Origin: Candidatus Kapaibacterium sp.
GTDB taxonomy: Bacteria; Bacteroidota; Ignavibacteria; Kapaibacteriales; NICIL-2
Direction: 5' to 3'
NCBI GenBank assembly: GCA_040398805.1
Contig: JBBATK010000003.1
Span: 124,062-188,061 of the forward strand
DNA length: 64,000 bases
Both the position numbers and the translations under genes were made by a program. The notes beneath the pieces were generated by a model. The model was given only the letters and a program-made list of their open reading frames with translations, ran no database searches and was not told the DNA's origin. Shown in pieces: positions 39,714 through 50,220 of this stretch. Numbering within the stretch: position 1 is the stretch's first letter; each line of letters starts with the position of its first letter.

Positions 39714-42700
39714 ATGAGCACTCATGCTCGAAACTCGGCTCGAGGACATGCACGCAGCGTCGTGCGGTCCATGCTATGCTATTTGTTCCTTGGCGCGGTG
39801 CTGCCAACGGCAGTCCACAAGACTGCGTCCGCAGTTCAGGCGCAGGACGTTCGGAAGGTTTCCGGAACTGTCGTCGATAGCGACACGAAACAGGGTCTTG
39901 TCGGTGCGGTCGTCAAGGTGAAGGGGACCAAGACAGGCGTCGTTGTGCGGAATGCCAACGGCAGTTTTTCCCTCGATGTGCCGAAGGGTGCGTCGCAAAC
40001 ACTCGTCGTCAGCTTGGTTGGTAAGAAGACGACGGAAGTGAACATCGCCGGTAAGGACAATGTCACCATTATCATGCGCACCGACGCATTGCAGATGGAC
40101 AAAGTGGTTGTGACCGCTGTAGGATTGGAAAAAGAGACGAAGGCGCTCGGATACGCCACCGAGCAGGTGAGCGGTTCCACCATCACCGCCGGACGTCCCA
40201 CCGATGTCATCAACTCCCTTCAAGGCCAAGTGGCGGGTGCTCAGATCAACAGTTCCTCCGGATCTCCCGGTGCCGCCGCGTACATCCGTCTGCGTGGAGT
40301 GAACTCGCTTCAGGGTAATAATCAGCCGGTGTTCGTTGTCGACGGCGTGCTCATCGACAACAGCTACATGGGTAATACCAATGAAGTGGGTAACGTTGAC
40401 TATTCGTCGCGCGCCGTGGATATCAATCCCGACGACATCGAGTCGGTGAACGTCCTCAAAGGCGCGGCTGCCACGGCACTCTACGGCTTGAACGCTTCGG
40501 CCGGTGCCATCATCATCACGACGAAGAAGGGGCGCCGCGACGGTTCGACGAATGTGAACTACAGCTATACCATGGGCATCGACGAAGTGAACAAACTGCC
40601 TGAGCTGCAGAACAAGTATTCTCAGGGTAGCGCATTCGCGTTTCAAGGCGAAGCCACACGCAGAGCCCACTCGTGGGGAGCCCTCATCGATACTTTGCGT
40701 TACGACGGAGCCACGACGAACCAGTGGAACAAGAACGGCAACATCGTCGGCCAATCCAATGCGTCGGCGAAGGGTGCGGTCACTCCTTTCGACAACCTGA
40801 ACTCGTTCTTCCAGACCGGTGGATCTCAGCAGCATTCGTTGAATATCTCCTCCGGTAACTCCATGGGCTCGTACTTCTTCAGCATCACGGATTTCCGTCA
40901 GAACGGTATCGTGCCCAATAGCACGTTCGACCGCACATCGCTGCGCTTGAATTCGGATTACAGTCTGTATCCGAACCTGAAGATCTCTGCCAACGCGCAA
41001 TACATTCGTTCAGGCGGACAAAAGATCCAGAAGGGTTCCAACACTTCCGGCGTGATGCTCGGCTTGCTGCGTACTCCGCCCACCTTCGATAATGCCAACG
41101 GTTCCTCCGATCCCGTAGGAGATGCGACCGCCTACACCTTCGCTAACGGCGCTCCGCGCGGCTATCGCGGTCTTGCTCCCAGCGGCACGAGCATTTACGA
41201 CAATCCGTTCTGGACCGTGAACAAGAACATGTTCCTCGAGCGTACCGAGCGTTTCATCGGAGGTATGCAGCTCGATTACTTCCCTGAGAGCTGGTTCGGC
41301 GAAAGCCTCCTTGGCGAGTTTTCGGCTACGTACCGCATCGGCGGTGACTTCTACAACACGCGTAACCGCGGAGAGTACGCGATCTTCAGCTCGAACACAC
41401 CGACGGGTCGCGTGAATGACGACGATATCCGCAGTCAGCAGATCAACTCCGAGTTGCTGTTCAATTTCAACCGCAAGCTCACGGAAGACTGGGACCTCGG
41501 CCTCGTCATGGGTTCGCAGATCTTCGAGAACTTCGGGCGCTCATTCACCGCACAAGGCGACGGACTGGTCATTCCTGGTTTCTACAACCAGAGCAATGCC
41601 ACCTCGCAAACCGCGTTCGAATCGCAATCATTGCGTCGCCGTCTGGGTATGTTCTTGCAGGCAAGTCTTTCGTATCAAGACATGTTGTTCATCAACGGAA
41701 GCGTTCGTAACGAGTACTCCACAAGCCTGCCGGAGGATGCCAACAACTTCCTGAACTACAACATGTCCATGTCGTTCATCCTGTCGCAGGCCCTCGACCT
41801 CGATCGCGATGGTACGCTCTCGTTCGCGAAACTCCGTTTCTCCAACTCACAGATCGGCAGCGACGCACCGATTTACGCTCTCACGACACCGTACGTTCAG
41901 ACCATCCACGGAGACGGTTGGATCAATACGAACCTTACCTATCCCCTTAACGGAGCCGCCGGTTTCGCGAAGGCTTCGCGCCTTGGCAACAACGGCATCA
42001 CGCCGGAAACACGCGTCGAGACGGAGTTCGGAACGGAACTGCGTTTCTTCGGTGACATCATCGGCTTGGACCTGACGTATTACTCGACAACGAACAGCAA
42101 TCAGATCTTCAGCGCACCTGTAGCCACGGCCACAGGATACGCATCCAGACTTGTCAATGCTGGCGAGATGAAGAACAGCGGTATCGAAGCGGTTCTGAAG
42201 GCACAGATCCTTCAAACGAACGACCTCACGATCAACGGACGCTTGACCTACTCTTCGTTCACACAAGAAGTGGTGAAGTTGTCTGATGGTGTAGAGAACA
42301 TCTTCTTGGGCGGCTTCGAAGGCGGTTCAGTCCGCGCGGTCGCCGGACTCCCCTACGGTTCGATCTTCGGCCAGAAGTGGCTCCGCGACTCGATCGGCAG
42401 AATCATCACCGATGGCGGCGTACCGCAGGTGACAACCGATGAGTACTCGTTCGGCTCCAACATCCCGGACTTCATCATGAACGGTGCGTTGGATATCAGT
42501 TATAAAGGACTGACCGTTTCCGCAATTCTCGAGTGGAAGAAGGGCGGCAAGATGTGGAACGGTACCCGCGCTGCGCTCAACAACTTCGGTATGTCCAAGG
42601 AGTCCGAGAACCGTGGCAACATGAACGGAACGTTCGGCGGAATCACGCTCAAGGACGGTGTCGTTCAGAACGCTGTCGAGCTCGACGGATCCGCGAACAC

Positions 42701-43034
42701 CACCCCCATCACAGGCCAATCGTTCTGGGGCAATTTCGGTACCTATAACAACTTCTCTACGTCGCTCATCGAACCGTTCATCGAGGATGCCGGCTGGATG
42801 CGACTTCGTCAGATCACGGTAAGCTATGTGATTCCGCAGAGCATGCTGTCAGACGCGGGAATATTCAAATCTCTCGAAGTGTTCGCTACCGGACGGAACT
42901 TGTGGTTAAGCACCGACTACACCGGTGTCGACCCCGAGACGAACCTCACGGGTTCGGTGAACGCTCAAGGTCTGGATTACTTCAATATGCCGGGTACCAA
43001 GGGCTATAACTTCGGTATTCGTGCCGGTTTCTAA
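39714..43034 (+). CDS. SusC/RagA-family TonB-dependent outer membrane transporter
   Basis: N-terminal CarboxypepD_reg-like domain, [44 protein letters not shown]-terminal Phe. Confidence 0.95.
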   Translation: MSTHARNSARGHARSVVRSMLCYLFLGAVLPTAVHKTASAVQAQDVRKVSGTVVDSDTKQGLVGAVVKVKGTKTGVVVRNANGSFSLDVPKGASQTLVVSLVGKKTTEVNIAGKDNVTIIMRTDALQMDKVVVTAVGLEKETKALGYATEQVSGSTITAGRPTDVINSLQGQVAGAQINSSSGSPGAAAYIRLRGVNSLQGNNQPVFVVDGVLIDNSYMGNTNEVGNVDYSSRAVDINPDDIESVNVLKGAAATALYGLNASAGAIIITTKKGRRDGSTNVNYSYTMGIDEVNKLPELQNKYSQGSAFAFQGEATRRAHSWGALIDTLRYDGATTNQWNKNGNIVGQSNASAKGAVTPFDNLNSFFQTGGSQQHSLNISSGNSMGSYFFSITDFRQNGIVPNSTFDRTSLRLNSDYSLYPNLKISANAQYIRSGGQKIQKGSNTSGVMLGLLRTPPTFDNANGSSDPVGDATAYTFANGAPRGYRGLAPSGTSIYDNPFWTVNKNMFLERTERFIGGMQLDYFPESWFGESLLGEFSATYRIGGDFYNTRNRGEYAIFSSNTPTGRVNDDDIRSQQINSELLFNFNRKLTEDWDLGLVMGSQIFENFGRSFTAQGDGLVIPGFYNQSNATSQTAFESQSLRRRLGMFLQASLSYQDMLFINGSVRNEYSTSLPEDANNFLNYNMSMSFILSQALDLDRDGTLSFAKLRFSNSQIGSDAPIYALTTPYVQTIHGDGWINTNLTYPLNGAAGFAKASRLGNNGITPETRVETEFGTELRFFGDIIGLDLTYYSTTNSNQIFSAPVATATGYASRLVNAGEMKNSGIEAVLKAQILQTNDLTINGRLTYSSFTQEVVKLSDGVENIFLGGFEGGSVRAVAGLPYGSIFGQKWLRDSIGRIITDGGVPQVTTDEYSFGSNIPDFIMNGALDISYKGLTVSAILEWKKGGKMWNGTRAALNNFGMSKESENRGNMNGTFGGITLKDGVVQNAVELDGSANTTPITGQSFWGNFGTYNNFSTSLIEPFIEDAGWMRLRQITVSYVIPQSMLSDAGIFKSLEVFATGRNLWLSTDYTGVDPETNLTGSVNAQGLDYFNMPGTKGYNFGIRAGF

Positions 43035-43068
43035 TTTCTTTGATAACTATACACGGAGATTTTCAATA

Positions 43069-44457
43069 ATGAAGACACATGCAAATACAACGACGCGACG
43101 GCTCATGGCAGCGGTGTTTGTTGTCTGTGCGGGCCTCTGGCAGATCGGTTGCAGTTCATGGATCGATCATGATCTGAACGTGGACCCGAACAATCCTCAG
43201 GATGTTTCGCTCAATCTCATGTTGCCGACGGTCGAAGGAACGCTCGCCTTCAATTACGGTAGCGACATTTCACGCATCACGTCATGTTGGACTCAGCAGC
43301 ACTTCGGTGCCAATCGCCAACATGAAGGTTTCTATCGCTACATCATCGGTGAAGGCGATGTGAACAACGCATGGAACAACATGTACGGCACGACGATGAT
43401 CAATTGCGATATCATGATCAAGAAGGCGGAGGCGGAAGGCTCGCCTGCGTATGCGTCCGTCGGCAAGATCCTCCAAGCCCTCTCGCTCGGCATCGTCACG
43501 GACATGTGGGGCGATGTTCCCTTCTCCGAGGCGTTCAAGGGCGAAGGCACCTTGTATCCCAAGGTGGATGGCCAGCAGCAGATCTATGCAACCATCAACT
43601 CCCTGCTCGATGACGCTATCGCGAAAATCGGAACGACCAGCGTGAGCAAACCCGGCGCTGATGATCTGATTTACGGTGGCGACTTGAACAAATGGAAGAA
43701 AGCGGCATACGCATTGAAGGCCCGTTATGCGATTCACACGACCAAGCCGAACGGACTGAAGGCATCGACAGATGCTCTCGCCGCCTTGGCACAAGGTTTC
43801 AGCTCCAACGCCGACGGACTCATCATGAATTTCGGCACCTCCGAAACCAATGCCAATCCGCTGTATGCCTTTCTCAGTTCACGAACGGGCGACCTTTCAA
43901 TCGGTCCTAAAGTGATCTCGTTGCTCAATGCCAAGAACGATCCCCGCCGATCCAAGATCGGTGACGGTCTGAAGACAACGGATATGATCGCCGATACCAC
44001 TGCGTACGGGGCATTCCACACCTCACCGGAGTCACCCATCGTGCTGTGCTCCTTCGCCGAACTGAAGTTCATCGAAGCGGAAGCGCTCCTCAATACGGGA
44101 GACAAAGCCGGTGCCAAGACGGCCTACCTGGCAGGCATCAAGGCGAACATGGATTGGTACGGAATTTCCGCTGCGGATCAGAAGACCTACACCGACCAGC
44201 CGTCGGTTACCCCTTCGGGTGATATCACGCTCCAACAAATCATGGAGGAGAAGTACATCGCCCTGTACACCCAGCAGGAATCGTATACGGATTATCGCCG
44301 CACGTCGCTTCCGGCACTCACTCCCGCGGTCTCGGGCAAAACAGTACCCGTACGTTTCCCGACGGCGCAGAACCAGCGTCTGTACAACGGCAAGAATCTG
44401 CCCGCAGGCGCTACCGATGCAGACTGGATCAACACGCCGATGTGGTGGAACAAATAA
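43069..44457 (+). CDS. SusD/RagB-family lipoprotein
   Basis: Lipobox IG-C, NVDPNNP, TDMWGDVPFSEA, DLIYGGD..KW, YTDYRRT, MWWNK. Confidence 0.93.
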   Translation: MKTHANTTTRRLMAAVFVVCAGLWQIGCSSWIDHDLNVDPNNPQDVSLNLMLPTVEGTLAFNYGSDISRITSCWTQQHFGANRQHEGFYRYIIGEGDVNNAWNNMYGTTMINCDIMIKKAEAEGSPAYASVGKILQALSLGIVTDMWGDVPFSEAFKGEGTLYPKVDGQQQIYATINSLLDDAIAKIGTTSVSKPGADDLIYGGDLNKWKKAAYALKARYAIHTTKPNGLKASTDALAALAQGFSSNADGLIMNFGTSETNANPLYAFLSSRTGDLSIGPKVISLLNAKNDPRRSKIGDGLKTTDMIADTTAYGAFHTSPESPIVLCSFAELKFIEAEALLNTGDKAGAKTAYLAGIKANMDWYGISAADQKTYTDQPSVTPSGDITLQQIMEEKYIALYTQQESYTDYRRTSLPALTPAVSGKTVPVRFPTAQNQRLYNGKNLPAGATDADWINTPMWWNK

Positions 44458-44480
44458 CCTCATCACAACGTTCAAGAGTC

Positions 44481-44520
44481 AACGGCGGATGCACCACAGT
44501 GCATCCGCCGTTTTCATTTT
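44481..44520 (+). terminator. Rho-independent terminator after susD
   Basis: AACGGCGGATGCAC-CACA-GTGCATCCGCCGTT followed by TTCATTTT. Confidence 0.88.
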
Positions 44521-44545
44521 GTCCCGCACCCTTTGCACACCCTCG

Positions 44546-44553
44546 TATATTTG
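44546..44553 (+). promoter_or_regulatory. -7 promoter box upstream of cca
   Basis: TATATTTG 31 nt upstream of the GTG start. Confidence 0.55.
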
Positions 44554-44584
44554 TCGCCTTAGTACTTCAACGCAGCATACATCC

Positions 44585-46003
44585 GTGAACTACGAGCTAC
44601 GCGAACCTCTTCTTCGTGACCTTGCCCACCTTGCCGCGCGCGAACGCGTGGAGCTGTATGTGGTGGGCGGATTCGTTCGCGACCTGCTCATGGACCGACC
44701 GCGTGCCGATCTGGACTTCACCGTGGTCGGCGATGCCCTGCGTTTCGCCGATATCGTCGCCGAGACCTTCCACTCCAAAGCCATCGTGTATGAACGCTTC
44801 CGCACGGCCCTCGTTCCCGTGGGCGACTTCCATCTGGAGTTCGTCGGTACGCGCAAGGAAGTGTACACGCCCGAGTCACGCAATCCCGTCGTCACCGAAG
44901 GCACCCTGCGCGACGACATCATGCGTCGCGACTTCACGGTGAACGCCATGGCCATCTCTTTGCAACCGGATTCGTTCGGCGAACTCATCGACCTGTGCAA
45001 CGGCGCAGAGGATTTGAAGATCGGACTCCTTCGCACCCCCCTCGATCCCGTCACCACGTTCAACGACGACCCCCTGCGCATGATGCGCGCATGCCGCTTC
45101 GCATCGCAACTGGGCTTCTCCCTGCATCCCGATGCCCTCGAAGCCATCAAGAACATGGCCTCCCGCATCAAGATCATCGCCCAGGAACGCATCAGCGACG
45201 AGTTCATGAAGATCCTCGCTTCACCCAAACCGAGCGTAGGACTGAACGCCCTGCACGATACCGGCCTGCTCCCGTTCGTCTTCCCCGAAGTGGAACGCCT
45301 GCACGGAGTGGATCTCGTGAAGAAGGGCTCGCGCGAGTTCCATCACAAGGACGTGTTCTATCATACCCTGCAAGTGGTGGATAATGTGGCTGTAGTGAGC
45401 GACGATGTGTGGCTGCGCTTCGCAACGCTCATGCACGACATCGCCAAACCCAAGACGAAACGGTTCGTGGATGGCGTCGGCTGGACCTTTCACGGACACG
45501 AGGAGTTCGGTGCCAGATGGCAGGACAAGATCTTCCGCCGCATGAAACTCCCGCTGGACCACTTGCCCATGGTGGAGACACTCGTACGATTGCATCAGCG
45601 ACCCATGATGCTCGTCGATGAAGGCGTCACCGATTCGGCCATACGTCGCCTGGCCGTCCATGCCGGCGATTGGATCGATGAACTCTTCATCCTGTGCCGC
45701 GCCGATGTCACCACCGCCAACGAGAACCGTCAGCGGCGATATCTGAAGAACTACGAGATCGTCTATCAGAAAATCCTCGATGTGCGTGAGCGCGATCAAC
45801 TCGCCGCCTTCCAATCGCCCGTCCGCGGCGAGCTCATCATGGAGATATGCGGTCTACCGCCCTCGCGCGCCGTCGGCGTGATCAAGAACAACATCGAGGA
45901 AGCCATCCTCGACGGCATCATCCCCAACGATTTCGATGCGGCGTACGCGTACATGCTCGAGCATAAGGATTCGTGGATCCAGGGCATGATCTCGCCCTCC
46001 TGA
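44585..46003 (+). CDS. cca: tRNA nucleotidyltransferase (class II CCA/poly(A) polymerase family) with HD domain
   Basis: VGGFVRD, DLD, RRDFTVNAM, DDPLRMMR, HDIAK; GTG start at 44585. Confidence 0.9.
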   Translation: MNYELREPLLRDLAHLAARERVELYVVGGFVRDLLMDRPRADLDFTVVGDALRFADIVAETFHSKAIVYERFRTALVPVGDFHLEFVGTRKEVYTPESRNPVVTEGTLRDDIMRRDFTVNAMAISLQPDSFGELIDLCNGAEDLKIGLLRTPLDPVTTFNDDPLRMMRACRFASQLGFSLHPDALEAIKNMASRIKIIAQERISDEFMKILASPKPSVGLNALHDTGLLPFVFPEVERLHGVDLVKKGSREFHHKDVFYHTLQVVDNVAVVSDDVWLRFATLMHDIAKPKTKRFVDGVGWTFHGHEEFGARWQDKIFRRMKLPLDHLPMVETLVRLHQRPMMLVDEGVTDSAIRRLAVHAGDWIDELFILCRADVTTANENRQRRYLKNYEIVYQKILDVRERDQLAAFQSPVRGELIMEICGLPPSRAVGVIKNNIEEAILDGIIPNDFDAAYAYMLEHKDSWIQGMISPS

Positions 46004-46160
46004 TGATCTCCGCACACCGCATCGTGACTCTTCGCCCGTCCATCGGCCGCCACCCGCATCTTCCAGTCCGTCCACGGCTTGGTCTTGCACCCGTGCCTGC
46101 GTAACTTGCCCCCGCGGTCCGGTACCACTTCATTCATCCGCTACGGGGACACACAGTATC

Positions 46161-47168
46161 ATGATCCAGTATCTCATCCGTCGGATCCTTCTCTTCATTC
46201 CCACGCTTCTGGCGATCACGCTCATCGCGTTTTCCCTGACGCGACTGGCACCAGGCGACCCCGCCGCGCTGAAAGCTGGCATCAGCGGCGAAGGTCAATC
46301 ACAGCGCTCGGTGGTGAGCAAGAAGTCCATCGAGCAATGGCGTAAACAGATGCGCCTGGACCAGCCCGTATTCACGCAATACGTCCTGTGGCTGGCCGAC
46401 ATGCTACGACTCGATTTCGGAAAGTCCTTTCAAGACAACCGGCCTGTCATGGAAAAGATCTCCGAACGTCTTCCCGTGACCGTCACCATGAACATCATCG
46501 CCGTCGTCATCGCCTACGCGGTCGCCATACCACTGGGCATAGCATCGGCAGCGCGTCAAGGCACCTTCGTGGACCGAGCCGCCGGCTTCAGCATGTTCGC
46601 CTTGTATTCACTGCCCATCATCTGGCTATCGCAATTGTGCCTGAGTTTCCTTTGCAATCCCGAGTATCTGTATCTGTTCCCCAACCACGGACTCCACTCG
46701 AACAAAGCCGCCTTCCTGCCGCCGGGCGCCCGCTTCTTGGATACCCTATGGCACTGGATCCTCCCCATGGTTTTGTATTCCTATGGGAACTTCGCCTTCC
46801 TTTCCCGACAGATGCGCAGCGCCATGCTCGAGACCATCCGCCAGGACTATATCCGCACGGCTCGCGCGAAGGGATTGTCCGAACGGACGGTGATCTTCAA
46901 GCACACCTTACGCAATTCCCTGCTGCCTATCGTGACCTTGCTCGCAGGCATCATCCCCGCCTTGGTAGGCGGTAGCGTCGTCATCGAACAGACCTTCAGC
47001 ATTCCGGGTATGGGTTCGCTTTCCTATGGCGCTCTCGTTGCTCGCGACTACCCCATGATCATGGCGGTGTTCACCATCGGCGCCATCCTGACGCTCCTGG
47101 GAATACTCGTGTCGGATATCCTTTATTCACTCATCGATCCGCGTATCGCATTCTCGAAAAAATCATGA
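46161..47168 (+). CDS. Peptide/nickel ABC transporter permease (OppB/DppB-like)
   Basis: YLIRRIL, LAPGDP, LDFGKSF, EAA-loop DYIRTARAKGL, RDYP, IDPRI. Confidence 0.94.
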   Translation: MIQYLIRRILLFIPTLLAITLIAFSLTRLAPGDPAALKAGISGEGQSQRSVVSKKSIEQWRKQMRLDQPVFTQYVLWLADMLRLDFGKSFQDNRPVMEKISERLPVTVTMNIIAVVIAYAVAIPLGIASAARQGTFVDRAAGFSMFALYSLPIIWLSQLCLSFLCNPEYLYLFPNHGLHSNKAAFLPPGARFLDTLWHWILPMVLYSYGNFAFLSRQMRSAMLETIRQDYIRTARAKGLSERTVIFKHTLRNSLLPIVTLLAGIIPALVGGSVVIEQTFSIPGMGSLSYGALVARDYPMIMAVFTIGAILTLLGILVSDILYSLIDPRIAFSKKS

Positions 47169-48211
47169 GCTCTGCAGAATCAACAGCGCGTCACGAGAGT
47201 TACGGCGCATACGTCCGACGTCAGTTCCGCAAGCATACGCTGGGCGTGATCTCGCTGTACACCGTGCTCACCCTTGGCGTGGTGGCCATCCTTGCCGATG
47301 TGCTGGCGAACGACAAACCGCTGGCGGCGTCGGTGAACGGCAGTGTGACCTTCCCCGTGTTCAAGTCGTACGGCGTGTCGCTCGGCATCACCAAATGGAC
47401 TACGGAGGAAGGTCAGCGCGACTGGCAGCAGACCACGTACGATTGGGTCGTCTTCCCGCCCGTTCCCTACGCCATGACCACGGTGGACAAATCCGCCATC
47501 AAGGAGAAGGACCGACGTCCATCGTCTAAACACCGTCTCGGAACCGATGACATCGGTCGCGATGTGCTGGCCGGACTCATCCACGGCTCGCGGTATGCGC
47601 TCTCCATTGGATTCATCGCCATGGGCATCGCCTTGATCATCGGTATTTCGCTGGGTTCGATCGCCGGATACTTCGGCGGGTGGATCGACCTTGTCATCTC
47701 GCGACTCATCGAGATCTTCATTTCCCTGCCCACGTTCTTCCTTGTCATCACCATCGTCGCCATGACGCAGGATACCATTACGGAAGGACGTCTGCTCCTC
47801 ATCATGGCAGTGATAGGACTGACGAGTTGGACGGGTATCGCACGTCTCGTTCGGGCGGAGGTGCTGCGCGTTCGCAACCTCGAGTTCGTCTCAGCCGCAC
47901 AAGCCCTTGGCTACGGTCGCACACGCATCATCCTCGTGCATGTGTTGCCGAACTCGCTCGGACCCGTCCTCGTGTCCGCCGCTTTCGGCATCGCCAGCGC
48001 GATACTCATCGAATCCACGCTCAGCTTCCTCGGGTTCGGCGTCCCCCCCACGGTCATCACCTGGGGCTCGCTGCTCGCACGCTCGCGCGGATTCATCAAC
48101 ATGTGGTGGCTGGCCACCTTTCCCGGCATCCTCATCTTCATCACCGTCAGCGCATACAACCTGATAGGTGATGCCCTGCGGGATGCGACGGACCCCCGGC
48201 TTCGAAGCTGA
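47165..48211 (+). CDS. Peptide/nickel ABC transporter permease (OppC/DppC-like)
   Basis: LGTDDIGRD, EFVSAAQALG, HVLPN, LSFLG, NLIGDALRDATDPR; 4-nt overlap with oppB. Confidence 0.94.
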   Translation: MSSAESTARHESYGAYVRRQFRKHTLGVISLYTVLTLGVVAILADVLANDKPLAASVNGSVTFPVFKSYGVSLGITKWTTEEGQRDWQQTTYDWVVFPPVPYAMTTVDKSAIKEKDRRPSSKHRLGTDDIGRDVLAGLIHGSRYALSIGFIAMGIALIIGISLGSIAGYFGGWIDLVISRLIEIFISLPTFFLVITIVAMTQDTITEGRLLLIMAVIGLTSWTGIARLVRAEVLRVRNLEFVSAAQALGYGRTRIILVHVLPNSLGPVLVSAAFGIASAILIESTLSFLGFGVPPTVITWGSLLARSRGFINMWWLATFPGILIFITVSAYNLIGDALRDATDPRLRS

Positions 48212-48285
48212 TCATCCGCCCATCAAACCGTGTCCGCGGCTCCGCCGTTTCGCGAACGCCTTCCGTGGCACTCGCCACCCTTTCG

Positions 48286-50187
48286 ATGATCGACGTCACG
48301 CGCCATATCGTCCGCCTATCCGTCGTCCTCCTCGCGGCGTCCCGGCTGTGCGGACAGTCCATGCCGCTGTCGTTGCCGACGGATTCGAGCTCGGGTAGAC
48401 CCTATGCCGTCACGGGCTTCACGAAGATGGCGGCGACCTTCCTCTTCATCGGCGATGCCGATGTGCGCTCCACCATCGGTCCTGCGGAAATCCTCCTCCG
48501 CCAGCAATACCGTGGCTCCACCATCCGCACGGCCGTTGCGGCCTTCCGTGATGATGAGTCGCTCAGCCTCATCCTGCGCTCTCGCAATCTTCGCGGCATC
48601 ACGCCGATCGTCACATCGGACGCACAGATCTCACGCGACTCACGCTCGATAGGTATCAACGCGCTTTCACGCTGGAACATCACCTCGGGCGCAAGAGTGT
48701 CCCGCGACTCGGCGACATACCTGGAAGTGCAAGGCGGCGGCGAATCGAACACCCTGCTCGGCATCCGCGATCGCGGTGCGATCGTGCGCGTGAACGGGTC
48801 CGTCACCGACGTGGATGCGGATCCCTTCCGCGCTTCCCTCACCCTCACGTCCGAAGCCACCTTCTTCGCGCGTCGGACCAATGGTGATATCCAGAGCTCC
48901 CTGACCTTGCTGCGGGAAAGCGATGCGCAGACCTCGCTCATGTTCCGTGTGGGATACCGGGCGTTGCACAGGGATTGGTATTCGCAAACGACGAACCCGG
49001 TCACAGCGACCCCTGTCACCGTCATCGAGAACCGATTCGAGAACATCATCACCGTCGAAAGCCGCCTGCTCTTTCCGGTCACTCGTTCGATGAATGCCGA
49101 CGTCAACATCGCTCTGCTGAACAACGATATCACGCGCGCGTTCAAGGATGTCGTCGAGGGTCTGCCGATAACACAAGCGGCTCGCGATCTCAGTCAGGTA
49201 CAATTTTCCATGACCGCTACGGCGCGATACCATGCGGAACGTCAACGTCATGCCCTTACTGTATCCACGCTCATCCGGGACGAACAGAACACTGCGGAAC
49301 GTCGGTTCCAAGCCTTGGGCTCGCTGCCGTTGGATACACTGAGAGAACAGGAGCGCTTGCGTGATAATGCGCAGTGGCGGACGCAGCTGGGTACACGATC
49401 GGTCGTGAGCGTCGGCGTTGCCGACTCCGTCACGTTCCAGTCGTCCGCGTCGATCATGCGCTACGACACCCCCGGCGCATCCAACAACGACGACCGCGAC
49501 GAACTGAACACCTATCTGTCGGCTTCCTACACGCACGTATGGTCATCCTTCTTCACCACCACACTCTCGTCGCGCATCCAGCTCAACCACCTGGTGTTCC
49601 TGAAATCGCAACGCAGCGCACTCAACGCGTGGAACCGAATCATCCAGCTATCTCCCTCGGCCGTGCTGACCACTCCGGCTGTTCATCTTCAACCGCAATT
49701 CGAAGTGCTGGCGCAATACACGGTCTACGACTTCGAAGGGAAAGCGGGCGTGCCCACGAGCTTCTCGTTCCGTCAGCTGTCGTATCGCGATTCCATCCTT
49801 GTCCCATTGCGGGACCGCGCGCAGCTTGAGGTGCAAGTGTATGCGCGGGTGTTCGAGCGCAGCGAACTGTATTGGTCGTCGTTCGCAGAGCTGCCTCAAA
49901 GTCATAACTACGAGCAGTTCATCCGTTGTCTTGTCACGACGCAACAGGAGCATGGAACCACGCTTGGCTTTGGAGCCAGGTACTATGCCCTCTCCCAACA
50001 ATCCCTTACCCAACAGACCACCGGGAACACGCTCATCCAATCCTTCGCTCCGGAGTCGTTGCTCTCCCTTCCGCTCCTCGAACGGGCCCGACTGGATGTG
50101 CGCGGCTGGCTGGAATTCCAATACACGAACTCCGCGTACTCCCGCATCGTGCCGAACATCTCGTTCCTTCTGCGAACCTCCTTGTAG
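48286..50187 (+). CDS. Hypothetical exported protein, probable outer-membrane beta-barrel
   Basis: Signal-like N-terminus, about 630 aa of alternating polar/hydrophobic strands, NNDDRDEL and SALNAWNR motifs, terminal strand ISFLLRTSL. Confidence 0.65.
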   Translation: MIDVTRHIVRLSVVLLAASRLCGQSMPLSLPTDSSSGRPYAVTGFTKMAATFLFIGDADVRSTIGPAEILLRQQYRGSTIRTAVAAFRDDESLSLILRSRNLRGITPIVTSDAQISRDSRSIGINALSRWNITSGARVSRDSATYLEVQGGGESNTLLGIRDRGAIVRVNGSVTDVDADPFRASLTLTSEATFFARRTNGDIQSSLTLLRESDAQTSLMFRVGYRALHRDWYSQTTNPVTATPVTVIENRFENIITVESRLLFPVTRSMNADVNIALLNNDITRAFKDVVEGLPITQAARDLSQVQFSMTATARYHAERQRHALTVSTLIRDEQNTAERRFQALGSLPLDTLREQERLRDNAQWRTQLGTRSVVSVGVADSVTFQSSASIMRYDTPGASNNDDRDELNTYLSASYTHVWSSFFTTTLSSRIQLNHLVFLKSQRSALNAWNRIIQLSPSAVLTTPAVHLQPQFEVLAQYTVYDFEGKAGVPTSFSFRQLSYRDSILVPLRDRAQLEVQVYARVFERSELYWSSFAELPQSHNYEQFIRCLVTTQQEHGTTLGFGARYYALSQQSLTQQTTGNTLIQSFAPESLLSLPLLERARLDVRGWLEFQYTNSAYSRIVPNISFLLRTSL

Positions 50188-50220
50188 GGACACCGGCACG
50201 CAGCGAAGGGCGGGTCTTCC

